Shown one piece after another: positions 32,798-43,308 of a stretch of DNA of 64,000 nt. The stretch's first letter is position 1. Each line of letters opens with the position of its first letter. Origin of the DNA: Candidatus Latescibacterota bacterium (GTDB taxonomy: Bacteria > Latescibacterota > UBA2968 > GCA-2709665); the NCBI GenBank assembly GCA_965205485.1, contig OZ242180.1:2688001-2752000 (forward strand), read 5' to 3'. Below the pieces are notes generated by a model. That model saw only the letters and a list, made by a program, of their open reading frames with translations, was not told where the DNA came from and did no database searches. Position numbers and translations under genes: made by a program.

Positions 32798-33840
32798 AAG
32801 GAGAATCCGCCAGTGAAGCGAAAGACGTTTCGGAGGGCGGAGTTGCTCCTGGCGAAGTACGAGAGATCGAACGACGCCCAGTTGTATTTGAGGCCCAGGC
32901 CGAAGGTCGGGCTCTTCCGGTCGCCGTCCTGATCGTGGAAATACCCCGTTCGGAGGGCGAAGGCGGATTCTTCGGAGAGGTTGTATTTCCACTCGACGCC
33001 GGTATGGTAGTCCATATCCTCGAGTTCCTCCCTGCCGTTGCGATCCTTCCAGCCCGTGACAAATGAAAAGAAGCCCCTGTCGGCAAGGGGTTTATAGATG
33101 TCGGCGGCGAAAAGCAGAGTTGAATTCCCGCGTTGCAGCGCTGTATAGGCAATTCCGATTGTGAAATTCTGTGGCAGCGGATCGGCCTGGTCCGCATCGA
33201 TAAACGTAATGTTCGGTCCGACGTTTCGCAACGCCCAGGCGATTGTGAACCGATCGGAGGTTTTCCACATGAATCCCAGGTCGCCTGCGAACGATGTACC
33301 TGCGCCTTTGCCCTTCTCGATGCCGGCGCCCTGACTGGCCAGTTTTTCATGAATGAACTTCATGGTTGCGCCCACAGAGACGTTGTTTACCACAAAGGTT
33401 CCGTACGAGACCGCCACGGCCAGGCCGAAACTCGTGAACTTGCCAAGGTCCTGCCCTTGCGAGTCGGTACGGTGCTGCGACCCGAGCGAGGTGTAGATCA
33501 GGCTGAAGCCCAGGTTGCCCACGCCTTCGACCGGTTGCGTGTAGGCGCCGAACGACGTGAAGATATCGCTGGCCAATGAGGGAACGGGCTTGTACATCGT
33601 CGTGCTCATGTGCCTGTTTGTGTCGTCCGCCAGGCCCGCCGGATTGTAATAGGTGGCATTGGCGCCGTCGGCAATTGCGATATAGGCTTCACCCATTCCG
33701 GCTGAACGCGCGCTGGGCTGGAACAGAAGGAATGGCGCCGCGGCCTGGCTCTCGGGCGTCGCCCACAACGCGCCCGGAAACGTGAATGCGACGGCCAGCA
33801 TGATGGCGATCAGGCACACGCACATCAGGTTGTTTTTCAT
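32794..33840 (-). CDS. PorV/PorQ-family outer-membrane protein
   Basis: APFLLFQPSARSAGMGEA..A.YYNPAGL; NVGPNITF..DPLP; ALRTGY; terminal F. Confidence 0.9.
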   Translation of the reverse strand: MKNNLMCVCLIAIMLAVAFTFPGALWATPESQAAAPFLLFQPSARSAGMGEAYIAIADGANATYYNPAGLADDTNRHMSTTMYKPVPSLASDIFTSFGAYTQPVEGVGNLGFSLIYTSLGSQHRTDSQGQDLGKFTSFGLAVAVSYGTFVVNNVSVGATMKFIHEKLASQGAGIEKGKGAGTSFAGDLGFMWKTSDRFTIAWALRNVGPNITFIDADQADPLPQNFTIGIAYTALQRGNSTLLFAADIYKPLADRGFFSFVTGWKDRNGREELEDMDYHTGVEWKYNLSEESAFALRTGYFHDQDGDRKSPTFGLGLKYNWASFDLSYFARSNSALRNVFRFTGGFSF

Positions 33841-34126
33841 GGGGTTCGGCTCCTTGAGGTGTGACGGTTTTCTTTCTTCGCGACTGAGCCAGGAGGGAAT
33901 AACCGAGGCGACGGGAAACAAAAAACCGGGTGCGGAGAGGGGCAGGACGGTCTGCGCCACTCTTTTGCCCGACGACCCGGGTAATTTCTGAAACGGCATG
34001 CGCATTCACTCCATTCGCCACAGGTTTTGACAACAAGCCCACAACGCGACGTACGCCCCGGGAGGCGAAGGCGGTAGTGACCACCATGTCGACGGTTTCA
34101 TTTGTGGAACGGAATTGTGGAACCAG

Positions 34127-34195
34127 GAAGCTGTTTTAAAATTACCGGCGCTTTTGCAGCCGTGCGAAGACCGCTGGGAATTTTAAGGCAGCTTC
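34127..34195. mobile_element. MITE family A, internally deleted copy
   Basis: Both TIRs kept; joined at ACCGG, which occurs near both ends of the full copy. Confidence 0.75.
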
Positions 34196-34348
34196 TCAGG
34201 GCAAAACACGTCAGCGAATGTTAGGAATAGGCGCTCCAGCCGGAAAAAACTTGTTCGACAACCGCTTGTTGACTATTTTCTCTGAAACCGAGTGCCGCAC
34301 AGAACGAACTCAGCGAATCCGGCGCTTGTATTTGAAAGGGGCTCAGGG

Positions 34349-34606
34349 GTGATCGACAGGGAACTTCTCGACATTCTGGCCTGTCCCGAAGACAAATCGC
34401 CAGTGCGTCCGGCAGGTCGGGAACTGATCGACAAAGTCAACGATCGTATCGAAAACGGCGAGTTGTGCAACCGGGGGGGAACCCCCGTTGAGAAACCCGT
34501 TGACGGAGGCCTTGTTCGCGAGGACGGCGCTTACATGTACCCGATTGATGACAACATTCCCATAATGCTGATCGAGGAGGCGATACCGCTTGCGACGATC
34601 CGGTGA
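34349..34606 (+). CDS. Trm112-family protein
   Basis: LLDILACPEDK...YPIDDNIPIML. Confidence 0.9.
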   Translation: MIDRELLDILACPEDKSPVRPAGRELIDKVNDRIENGELCNRGGTPVEKPVDGGLVREDGAYMYPIDDNIPIMLIEEAIPLATIR

Positions 34607-34860
34607 AGTCCCGAATACTGCCCCTGTCTCCAACTTGCCCCGCAAGCCTTTGTGCAACTTTGGATTCCGGTTGTACGGCCCGTTACCAACGGCGTGCGTA
34701 AAAAGGGCAGATCCGGTACTTGTCAAGCGCGAAAATTACGTTAATCGCCGTTGAAAAGTCAAGTCTTTTCGTCGATTTCAAGATATAAACGCATCTGGCG
34801 CACAGTGGTTCCCGACTTTTCCGTTCGGCCGTCACATTTTCCGGACCGGTGTCCCGGTTT

Positions 34861-34932
34861 GGCAGTCCGTTGACAGAGTCGCTCTGCGGGCGAGGCCGGC
34901 CGCGGCCCGGATGGGCTTTTTCAACGGTCCGT
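34861..34932. mobile_element. MITE family B copy
   Basis: Imperfect inverted ends GGCAGTCCGTTGA / TCAACGGTCCGTC; shares its core with 32766-32797. Confidence 0.5.
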
Positions 34933-35182
34933 CAGGGAAGAAAGGCGGCCATTCCCATTGGACAAGAATTCTCGACTCTCATTGAGTGTCCTGTCCTGAA
35001 AGTCCCTCACCATTCGACCGACGATTCATCCCGTCTCGCTGAAACGTGGTCATTGAGCTTGTCGGAGGGCATGTCGACGGATGCGAGCCGGGCGGCTCGG
35101 CGGTCGAAATCAGGCCACCTGTTTCCGGGACGGAACACTCGCTCTCGCTCGATGCGTCCGGCCATCGTCCAGGGGGTCCCTC

Positions 35183-36772
35183 GTGCCTCATGTGTCTCGC
35201 GCCTCGCGGGTCCATTTGCTTCCGGCCTGGGTGTTCCTGATGGCGATTGCCGGTTTTGCCGGTTGTGAACGGGTACCGGAAGCATCGGTGTTTTCCGAGC
35301 TGTCCGAGCCGCCACCCGGAAGGGTGAACTGGAGGGAATGGTCCAATCGGGATTCCGCGCGCGTTCTCAATCGTCCGCTGTTCGTCTTTCTTTTTTCCAG
35401 GAGGTCCTACTGGTGCCGGGACATGGTAAGTCGCAGTTTCGAAGCCCCGGTGTTGGTGCGGGCAATTGAAAGGGGCACCTGGCCGGTACGGGTTGACGTG
35501 GACCGGCGCCCCGATCTGGCGGAACGATTCGGACTGGGCGGCTGGCCATCAACCGCGATCCTGACGCCCGATGGCGACTGGATGACCGGATCCACGTACC
35601 TGGATCCGGGGGATCTGCGGGAGTTGCTGCGCAGGGTGTGGGTCTATTTCAATAACCCGAAACGATGGACTGATTTCGAACGCGAGCGCCGGAATCTGGC
35701 TCTGTGGACGGCAAGAGAAGCCCGGCCCCTACCCCGCGCTGCGGCGTCGTCCGGACTGCTGAAGGCATTTACGGACAGCACGGCGGCTGCGCTGAAACGA
35801 GGAGAATTACCGGGTCCGGAGTCGTTTATCGTACTCCTCGACGGCGACGACCCCGCGGCGCGGACCCTGGCGCTGGACCGGCTGAAGAAGGTCGGATCAA
35901 GTCCACTGCGCGATTCCGACGGTACTTTCTTCCAACGGCAGCTCACGCCGGATGGAGTGGTGCTCGACACTGAGAAGACGCTGGCGTCGAATGCGGGCTG
36001 GCTTGCGGTCCTGGCTCGGACGGACACGGCGGCAGCCATTGATCTGGGCGACGCGCTGGTTCGCGGGCTCTTCGCACCACGGAACGGCCTGTTTGCCGCG
36101 GGATTCGCGGGGTTTACCGAAGAATCCAGCGGCGCAGTTCTGCTGGAGGCGGGTCGCGCGGCCCCGAGAGATTCTGCAGTCTACACCTCGTGGAACGCCC
36201 TGGCTGTTACCGGGCTTGCGGCGCTTTATCAGGCGTCTTCAAGAACGGCCTACCTGGATCTGGCGCGCGACGTCCTGGCGTCCATCCGCGCGAGGCTCAC
36301 GCATCCTGAAGGTGGAATGCGACATGCGCTCGACCAACCGGTTCCGCCGGTTTTTCTGCTTGCAGACCAGGCCCTGGTCGCGAGGGCCGCGCTGGACCTG
36401 TACAGCGCGGGTGGCGACAGCGCCGCATCCCGGTTCGCATTGGAACTCACGGATGTGATCCTCGAGCGGTTTCTCGATAAAGAGGGCGCACTGCGAGACC
36501 GCTGGCCGGAGCCTGACACCCCCGTCATCCACGCCGTCGACCGTCTGGTCCCGTCAGGTAACGGGGTGGCTGTCCAGGTACTTGCGAGGCTATACGTCCT
36601 GACCGGGAATCGGCGTTATATGGAAACGGCCGGTGAGATACTCGCCGCGCTGGCGAATTCGCATCTGGCGCGCGCAGCCAGCGCGGGCGCGCTGTGCAGG
36701 GGTATGGCAATGTATCTGCGCCTGGAGACCGGGCCGGCAGCGTCCGTTCCGCCGGACCGCGGGGCCTTTTAG
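35183..36772 (+). CDS. DUF255/YyaL-like thioredoxin + alpha/alpha-barrel lipoprotein
   Basis: VRVDVDRRPDL, GGWPST, SWNAL, DQAL, PSGN; FAG-C lipobox. Confidence 0.8.
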   Translation: MPHVSRASRVHLLPAWVFLMAIAGFAGCERVPEASVFSELSEPPPGRVNWREWSNRDSARVLNRPLFVFLFSRRSYWCRDMVSRSFEAPVLVRAIERGTWPVRVDVDRRPDLAERFGLGGWPSTAILTPDGDWMTGSTYLDPGDLRELLRRVWVYFNNPKRWTDFERERRNLALWTAREARPLPRAAASSGLLKAFTDSTAAALKRGELPGPESFIVLLDGDDPAARTLALDRLKKVGSSPLRDSDGTFFQRQLTPDGVVLDTEKTLASNAGWLAVLARTDTAAAIDLGDALVRGLFAPRNGLFAAGFAGFTEESSGAVLLEAGRAAPRDSAVYTSWNALAVTGLAALYQASSRTAYLDLARDVLASIRARLTHPEGGMRHALDQPVPPVFLLADQALVARAALDLYSAGGDSAASRFALELTDVILERFLDKEGALRDRWPEPDTPVIHAVDRLVPSGNGVAVQVLARLYVLTGNRRYMETAGEILAALANSHLARAASAGALCRGMAMYLRLETGPAASVPPDRGAF

Positions 36773-36808
36773 CTGGTCCAGGTGGCACAAATGCGTGATG
36801 GGCCTATA

Positions 36809-37702
36809 ATGAAGGTATTGATCGTAGGGGCTTCCGGATTTCTGGGGAGGGCGTTGTGCGACGTGCCGTTTCAGGGCCTGGATCGGGTTCCCGCGGCGCG
36901 CAACCCCCGGCCGCCGTATCTGGGATCGGACGGTTTCCGGGTGGACGTCACGGACGCGGAGTCAGTCGTCCGTGTGGTATCGCAGGTTCGGCCGGACTGG
37001 GTTGTCAATGCGGCCGCGGAAGCGGGCGTGGACCGATGTGAGCGAAATCCGGACCTGGCGCGCCGCGTCAATGTGTGCGGAACCCGGAACCTGATTCGGG
37101 CGTGTGAAAACGCGGACGCCGGACTCGTTACCGTTTCCACGAACTATGTCTTCGACGGTCGGGCAGGGCCCTACGCCGAGACGGATTCCACCAATCCCGT
37201 AAACGTCTACGGACGGACCAAGTTGGATGCTGAGGAAATCGTACTGGCCTCGCCTTGTCATGGACTTGTGGTCCGGACGGCCGTGCTCTACGGTTATCGC
37301 GCGGGTTGCCGGCCCAATTTCGTCACGTGGGCGCTGGAATCCCTCGTTCGCGGCGAGACCATCCGCGTGGTTACCGACGAATGGGCGAATCCCACCTGCG
37401 TGGATGAACTCGCCGTGTTTCTCCTTGGATTGTGCCTCCGGGATTTCCGTGGCGTGATCCACTTTGCGGGGCCGGAATTCATGAGCCGGTATGAAATGGT
37501 CCGACGGATCTGCCTATGTTTCAATCTCGACGCCGATCTGGTGGTGCCGGTGACGTCCGAGGAGTTGGGACAGATCGCGCGCAGACCTCCCGGTGCTGGC
37601 CTGAAGCTCGACCTCGCGCGCGAAATGTTCAATCCGGTATTGGGATCTTACTCCGAGAACCTGAAGCGAACAGGCACGGAAATGCGTGTCGCAGCCGGGT
37701 AA
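36809..37702 (+). CDS. dTDP-4-dehydrorhamnose reductase-family SDR
   Basis: GASGFLG, STNYVFDG, YGRTK. Confidence 0.9.
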   Translation: MKVLIVGASGFLGRALCDVPFQGLDRVPAARNPRPPYLGSDGFRVDVTDAESVVRVVSQVRPDWVVNAAAEAGVDRCERNPDLARRVNVCGTRNLIRACENADAGLVTVSTNYVFDGRAGPYAETDSTNPVNVYGRTKLDAEEIVLASPCHGLVVRTAVLYGYRAGCRPNFVTWALESLVRGETIRVVTDEWANPTCVDELAVFLLGLCLRDFRGVIHFAGPEFMSRYEMVRRICLCFNLDADLVVPVTSEELGQIARRPPGAGLKLDLAREMFNPVLGSYSENLKRTGTEMRVAAG

Positions 37703-37800
37703 TTGACACATCTCGGACCGGTTACGGTTGATTTCCGTCTTTACCATGAGTGCCGTCGTCGCGTTCTACGCGCGCGCGCCCTTCTCAAGAGGTTATAGGC

Positions 37801-38514
37801 ATGGGCGAAACCCCTTTGCGGGTCTCTCTGATTACCCCCACCTACAACGAGCGACCGAACATATCACTTCTGGCGGACGAGATTTTCGCGGTGGTCGGAC
37901 AGTACACGGAGATCGACGTTGAATTAATCGTAGTGGACGATAACTCTCCCGACGGTACCGGCGAAGAAGCGGAGCGGCTTAAGGACCGGTATCCCGTTCA
38001 GGTCGTGCATCGGCCCGGCAAACTCGGGCTTGGCAGCGCTGTGATGGAGGGATTCCGGAAGTCGGACCGCGACTGCCTGGGTGTGATTGACGCGGACCTG
38101 AGCCACGATCCTTCGGTCTTGCCCCGATTGATTCTCGGGCTTCGGGAACACGATGTCGCGCTTGGAAGCCGCTATAATCCCGACAGCCGCGTGGAGAGGT
38201 GGCCCTGGTATCGAAAGTTGATCTCCCAGGCTGGCGTGCTGGCCGCGAGGCAGCTCACCGGCGTTCAGGATCCGCTCAGCGGATATTTTTTCCTGCATCG
38301 CCGTGTGCTTGATGGTGTGACACTGACCTCCCCCGGATATAAGATCCTGCTGGAGATTCTGGTCAAGGGAACCTGGTCGACGTTTGTCGAGGTGCCCTAC
38401 GTGTTCCGTAACCGGCAGTACAGCACCAGCAAACTGAATCTCAAGGAGTATTATCTCTTTTCCAAGCAGCTGCTCGTATTCTCTCTGACCCGGTCGAAAG
38501 GATCCGGCGACTGA
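37801..38514 (+). CDS. Polyprenol-phosphate mannose synthase-like GT2
   Basis: PTYNE, VDDNSPDGT, DADLSH, DPLSG. Confidence 0.9.
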   Translation: MGETPLRVSLITPTYNERPNISLLADEIFAVVGQYTEIDVELIVVDDNSPDGTGEEAERLKDRYPVQVVHRPGKLGLGSAVMEGFRKSDRDCLGVIDADLSHDPSVLPRLILGLREHDVALGSRYNPDSRVERWPWYRKLISQAGVLAARQLTGVQDPLSGYFFLHRRVLDGVTLTSPGYKILLEILVKGTWSTFVEVPYVFRNRQYSTSKLNLKEYYLFSKQLLVFSLTRSKGSGD

Positions 38515-38541
38515 TGGTGCCCCGGCGGATGCGGTTTCTCC

Positions 38542-38570
38542 TTGACATCTCAGGCCGACGTCGTTATGTT
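38542..38570 (+). promoter_or_regulatory. Sigma70-like promoter for the S41 peptidase
   Basis: TTGACA-17 nt-TATGTT. Confidence 0.6.
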
Positions 38571-38624
38571 GAGACGTTTTTTTGGTGGTCATAATCGACG
38601 TCGCCAGGTTCGCGAAAGGTCTGT

Positions 38625-40274
38625 ATGCCCGTCATTTATCGGATTGTTTCCTTACTGATCCTGGTCTGGACGGCGGGTCCTCCAATTGCAGTGGGGGCGG
38701 ACCCCCCGGCTCGCGTGAACACGGCGATGCAGGCGTACACTCTGGATCAGCTGGCCGACCTGGTGCGCCGCGAGTACTATGAATCGACCAATCCGGTTGA
38801 GTTGTATCATGGTGCGATTGAAGGCTATCTTTCCCGGCTGGACCCCCATTCAACCTACATCTCGCCGGACGAACTCCAGGACACCCAGGATAAGATGCAG
38901 GGCTCGTTTGAGGGTATCGGGATCTATTTCGAAATCATCGCGGGCCAGTTGACGGTACTTTCTCCAATTGTCGGATCTCCTGCGTACAAGGCCGGCCTTC
39001 AGGCCGGCGACCGCATCGTAAAGATCGACGGGGTGTCGGTTGTCGGGGTTTGGAAGACGGATGAGGTGAAGCGGCGGCTCAAGGGTCCCAAGGGCAGCAG
39101 GGTGATCGTTCTGGTTCAGCGGTCGGGATTGGCCGATCCCCTCACGATCGAGATAGTTCGGGACAAGATAGAAGTACCGAGCGTGCCGTACGCGTTTAAG
39201 CTGAATTCGGACGTGGGTTACGTGAAGATCGACCGGTTCTCGAGCCGCACGTCCCGCGAGTTGAGGGTTGCTCTCGAAGGATTGGTCGATGCGGGCGCAA
39301 GAAAACTGGTCCTGGATCTGCGCGGCAACAGTGGGGGTTATCTCGAGCAGGCGGTTGCAGTGGCGGATCAGTTTCTCGAAAGGGACCGCCTCCTGGTGTA
39401 CACCGAGGGCCGAAAGAGCGGCTCAAGAGAAGATCATTTCGCGGATCGCGATCCGGTCGTGCCGCTGGATCTGCCCTTGACGGTGCTTGTTGACAAATAC
39501 AGCGCCAGCGCGTCGGAAATCGTGGCCGGTGCGGTTCAGGACTACGATCGCGGGCTTATCGTTGGCCGGACCACATTCGGCAAGGGACTGGTTCAAAAGC
39601 AATATCCGCTGAAGAACGGCGGCGCGGTCCTGCTCACGGTGGCTCGCTATTTCACACCCAGCGAGCGGCCGATCCAGCGTCCTTATTCAAATGACAGGCG
39701 CGCTTATCTTCAGAAGGCGCACGACGGATACGATCCCAATGCCGATCCGGACAGTGTTCTCTCCCAACCGGTCTATTTCACGCAGATTCTGAACCGTAAG
39801 GTCTACGGCAGCGGCGGGATCACACCGGACGTTGAGCTGGAATCGCCTCGCCCGGGCGATTTCGAACGGCGGCTCTCCCCGAGGCACTTCTTTGAATTCG
39901 CCAATCAACACGGTTCGGAGTTTACCGCCTCGTACCCGGACTTCGATGCCTATCTTCGACTGTATACCCCTGATTCGCACGCGATAGCGGAATTCAAGAA
40001 ATTCCTCGAGGCGCGGGAAACCGACCTGACGTTTACGGATGCGGAATTCGAATCGGGAGTCGATTTAATCAAGCGGCAGATGAAACGGTATTTTGCGAAA
40101 TTCCGTTGGGGAGACCGGGAGGCGGGCAGGGTCGCAGTGAGCCAGGATCCGGAAGTCGTTCAGACGCTGGCATTGTTCGACCGGGCGAAAAAGCTGTTGG
40201 CGGATCGGGCGTATTATTCAACACGCCGGGGGCGCACCCACGTCCCGGCGATGCGTGGCGCGGAAGTCAGATAA
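38625..40274 (+). CDS. S41 carboxy-terminal processing protease (CtpA-like)
   Basis: LDPHS; PDZ domain; DLRGNSGG, SASASEI, TFGKG. Confidence 0.95.
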   Translation: MPVIYRIVSLLILVWTAGPPIAVGADPPARVNTAMQAYTLDQLADLVRREYYESTNPVELYHGAIEGYLSRLDPHSTYISPDELQDTQDKMQGSFEGIGIYFEIIAGQLTVLSPIVGSPAYKAGLQAGDRIVKIDGVSVVGVWKTDEVKRRLKGPKGSRVIVLVQRSGLADPLTIEIVRDKIEVPSVPYAFKLNSDVGYVKIDRFSSRTSRELRVALEGLVDAGARKLVLDLRGNSGGYLEQAVAVADQFLERDRLLVYTEGRKSGSREDHFADRDPVVPLDLPLTVLVDKYSASASEIVAGAVQDYDRGLIVGRTTFGKGLVQKQYPLKNGGAVLLTVARYFTPSERPIQRPYSNDRRAYLQKAHDGYDPNADPDSVLSQPVYFTQILNRKVYGSGGITPDVELESPRPGDFERRLSPRHFFEFANQHGSEFTASYPDFDAYLRLYTPDSHAIAEFKKFLEARETDLTFTDAEFESGVDLIKRQMKRYFAKFRWGDREAGRVAVSQDPEVVQTLALFDRAKKLLADRAYYSTRRGRTHVPAMRGAEVR

Positions 40275-40400
40275 GAAGCTGTTTTAAAAATCCTGGTGAG
40301 TCCCGAGCGCGCGTGAAAATGTGTCGGTTAAGAGGCACGAGGGGCGCGCAGTGCCGAGGCGCGAGGGGCGCGTCAGCACAGGTACAGGTGAAACAGCCGG
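40275..40400. mobile_element. MITE family A, diverged partial copy
   Basis: GAAGCTGTTTTAAAA directly after the TAA stop; internal GAGGGGCGCGCAG shared with the 29326 copy; right end unclear. Confidence 0.65.
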
Positions 40401-40461
40401 AAGATTCAGGCAACGAGAGGATCCTTTCGAACGTCGCGTCGTTCTGTTGTTGGAGGAGTTC

Positions 40462-41151
40462 ATGGCGGAGAGCTATTCGTCACCTGCCCGTCGGGAAATC
40501 GGCACACAGGTGAAACTGCCGGTCAGAAAGGCCGTCGAAATCAGTTTCAACAGCGTTAAGATCCGGTTCGGGCGGTCGTTGATTACGGTAAGCAGCATTA
40601 TTCTGGCCATCGCGTTTCTGATGTCCATCTGGACCACCAGTTCCATCGTCAACAGTCTTCGAGACGCCAACGATCCGAAGATGAACCTGATTCTCCAGCA
40701 GAAGGGAATCGACATCAGTCAGGAGAGTGAAGCCAATCGGCAGGAGGAGGCCAAGAACACCTGGCTGGTTGTGCTTTCGCTGCTGGTTTGCCTGGTGGGG
40801 ATTACAAACGCGATGCTGATGTCCGTCACCGAGCGCTTCCGCGAGATCGGCACCATGAAGTGCATGGGTGCGCTGGATGGGTTTATCGTCAAGCTGTTCA
40901 TACTTGAGTCCGCCTTTATGGGAATGGCCGGCACCGTGCTGGGCGCGGCGGTTGGATTTCTGCTGTCCATTCTAACGTCCTGGATCGGCTATGGCACCGG
41001 CGTCATGGGGCACGTGCCATGGCCCACCATTCTGGAGCGCGGGCTGATGGCGATCGTGCTGGGTTCCTCCCTCTCCCTGATGGGCGGAATTCTTCCCGCC
41101 TATCGCGCCGCCAAGATGGAGCCTGTCGACGCAATGCGCCTGGAAGTCTAA
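40462..41151 (+). CDS. FtsX-like ABC permease
   Basis: GITNAMLMSVTERFREIGTMKCMGA; PAYRAAKMEPVDAMR. Confidence 0.9.
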   Translation: MAESYSSPARREIGTQVKLPVRKAVEISFNSVKIRFGRSLITVSSIILAIAFLMSIWTTSSIVNSLRDANDPKMNLILQQKGIDISQESEANRQEEAKNTWLVVLSLLVCLVGITNAMLMSVTERFREIGTMKCMGALDGFIVKLFILESAFMGMAGTVLGAAVGFLLSILTSWIGYGTGVMGHVPWPTILERGLMAIVLGSSLSLMGGILPAYRAAKMEPVDAMRLEV

Positions 41152-41205
41152 CGCGCCTGATTCGGGCCGAACACCCGGTTTCCGTAATTCAAAAAGAGGT
41201 CGACC

Positions 41206-41934
41206 ATGGCCGTCGTACGAACGCAGGATGTGAAGAAAGTCTACGAGATGGGCGACGTGCAGGTGTCGGCGCTCAAAGGGGTGGATATCGAAATCGAGCA
41301 GGGCGAGTACATCTCCATTATGGGTCCGTCGGGATCCGGAAAAACAACCCTGTTCAATATGGTGGGCGGCCTGGACAAACCCAGCGACGGCAAGGTGTAT
41401 ATCGACGACGTCGACGTTGCGCAGCTCGACGCCTATGAACTGGCATGGTTGCGATGCCGGAAAATCGGTTATATTTTCCAGACGTTCAATCTGATTCCTG
41501 TGATGACGGCGCTGGAAAACGTGACGTTGCCCATGGTATTCGCGGGGCTGACCAGCGACGAGGCCAGGGACAAGGGAGTGGAGCTGTTGAACAAGGTGGG
41601 GTTGGGGGACCGGGTATCGCACAAGCCCTTCGAGCTGTCGGGCGGACAACAACAGCGTGTGGCGGTCGCGCGCGCGTTCGCCAACGATCCGGCCCTGATT
41701 CTGGCCGATGAACCCACTGGAAACCTGGATCTGCGCACCGGTACCGAGATCATCGAATTGCTGCGTCAGATGAACAAGGATTCGGGCGTCACCGTCGTTT
41801 CGGCCACGCACGACCACAAGATGCTGAGCGTTTCCGACAGGGTGGTGTGGGTGCGTGACGGGCGCGTCGACCGCGTCGTGAACCGGGATGAGCTGAAGAT
41901 CGAAGTGGGCACCATCGACGGAAGGACGGCTTAG
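41206..41934 (+). CDS. ABC transporter ATP-binding protein (LolD/MacB type)
   Basis: [25 protein letters not shown]. Confidence 0.95.
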   Translation: MAVVRTQDVKKVYEMGDVQVSALKGVDIEIEQGEYISIMGPSGSGKTTLFNMVGGLDKPSDGKVYIDDVDVAQLDAYELAWLRCRKIGYIFQTFNLIPVMTALENVTLPMVFAGLTSDEARDKGVELLNKVGLGDRVSHKPFELSGGQQQRVAVARAFANDPALILADEPTGNLDLRTGTEIIELLRQMNKDSGVTVVSATHDHKMLSVSDRVVWVRDGRVDRVVNRDELKIEVGTIDGRTA

Positions 41935-42027
41935 TCGCGGACGGGAAAGTACACGTTCGGGCGATTCGGATCCCGCGTGCAGTAGGGGCGACCGGCCGGT
42001 CGCCCGTATTTGAAAGGATGGTTTCAA

Positions 42028-42059
42028 GAGGCCCGGGAATTTGGCTCCGGGCCTTTTTT
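42028..42059 (+). terminator. Rho-independent terminator
   Basis: AGGCCCGG...CCGGGCCT stem followed by a T run. Confidence 0.7.
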
Positions 42060-42374
42060 GATGAGGAAGGAAGAAGGCAGAAGGAAAAAGGAAGAGGATC
42101 CCGCGTTCCCGCACGGCTTCTGCAGGTTTCCGGTTATTTGCATTCGATTTTCTTCTCCGCAAGGTCGACGGTGCTTCGAATTGCGGCTCGTGCAAGGTGA
42201 GCTTGTAATTGAGAGTGTCTCGAGACGTGGTCATTGAGCTTGTCGAAATGCCCGTGTTACGCTACACTATCGCGATGTCTCTCGACACCCTTCGCCGACT
42301 CCACCACGGTTTCTCTTTTCTTCCTTCTTCCTTCTTCCTTTTTCCTTTCTCACCATTTGTGGAGGATCGTCGCT

Positions 42375-43238
42375 ATGTCCAGATGGTTACCCATACTCGT
42401 GACGCTGGCCGTCACCGGCACGTCATTCGCTCAGAGGGATTTTTCGGCGGTCGAGATCAGGTCCACCAGACTGACCGACAGCGTCTATATGCTTGAAGGC
42501 AGCGGAGGCAACATCGGCGTGTCCGTGGGCCCGGACGGCGTCCTGATTGTCGACGATCAGTTCGCGCCGCTGGCTGAAAAGATCCGCGCCGCCATCGGCG
42601 AGTTGGGTGGGGGAGCCCCGACCTTCGTCCTGAATACGCACTACCATGGCGATCATACCGGCGGGAACGCGTATTTTGGAGAGGAAGGCGTCATCGTCGC
42701 GCACCGGAACGTCCGCAAACGCCTGGCGGCCAGACGTGTCAACGACAGGCCGTTACCCGAAGCCGCCCTGCCGGAAATCACATTCGATGGCGGACTGTCG
42801 ATTCATTTCAACGGCGAAGAACTGCGCGTGGTCCACTTTCCGAACGCTCACACGGACGGCGACGGCGTGGTGTTCTTTACCGGATCCAACGTCGTCCACA
42901 CCGGAGACCTCTTCTTCAACGGCAGATTTCCGTACATCGACCTTCGCGGTGGCGGAGACGTTCAGGGTTACATCGAAGCCGTGCGGTCTCTCCTGAAACA
43001 AATCCCGCGGGATGCGCGTATAATCCCCGGTCACGGCCCGCTCGCCGTCCCGGACGATCTGAGGATTGCGCTTGAGATGCTGGAAACGTGCACGAACCTT
43101 GTCAAGACGTCCATCGCGGCCGGAAAGACGCTGGAGGAAATCCAGGCCGCCGGCGTGCCCGAGAGATGGCAGTCGTGGGGCCAGGGTTGGATGAGTACCG
43201 ACCGCTGGCTCTCGATCGTCTACAACAGCTACAAATAA
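42375..43238 (+). CDS. Secreted MBL-fold metallo-hydrolase (cyclase-like)
   Basis: THYHGDHTGGN, AHTDGD, HTGDL, PGHG. Confidence 0.9.
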   Translation: MSRWLPILVTLAVTGTSFAQRDFSAVEIRSTRLTDSVYMLEGSGGNIGVSVGPDGVLIVDDQFAPLAEKIRAAIGELGGGAPTFVLNTHYHGDHTGGNAYFGEEGVIVAHRNVRKRLAARRVNDRPLPEAALPEITFDGGLSIHFNGEELRVVHFPNAHTDGDGVVFFTGSNVVHTGDLFFNGRFPYIDLRGGGDVQGYIEAVRSLLKQIPRDARIIPGHGPLAVPDDLRIALEMLETCTNLVKTSIAAGKTLEEIQAAGVPERWQSWGQGWMSTDRWLSIVYNSYK

Positions 43239-43308
43239 CCAGGATTCATCAAAACGGCCGACGCGAGATACGGCCGCAAGGCGTCCATTTTTCTGAGGAG
43301 GCACACCG

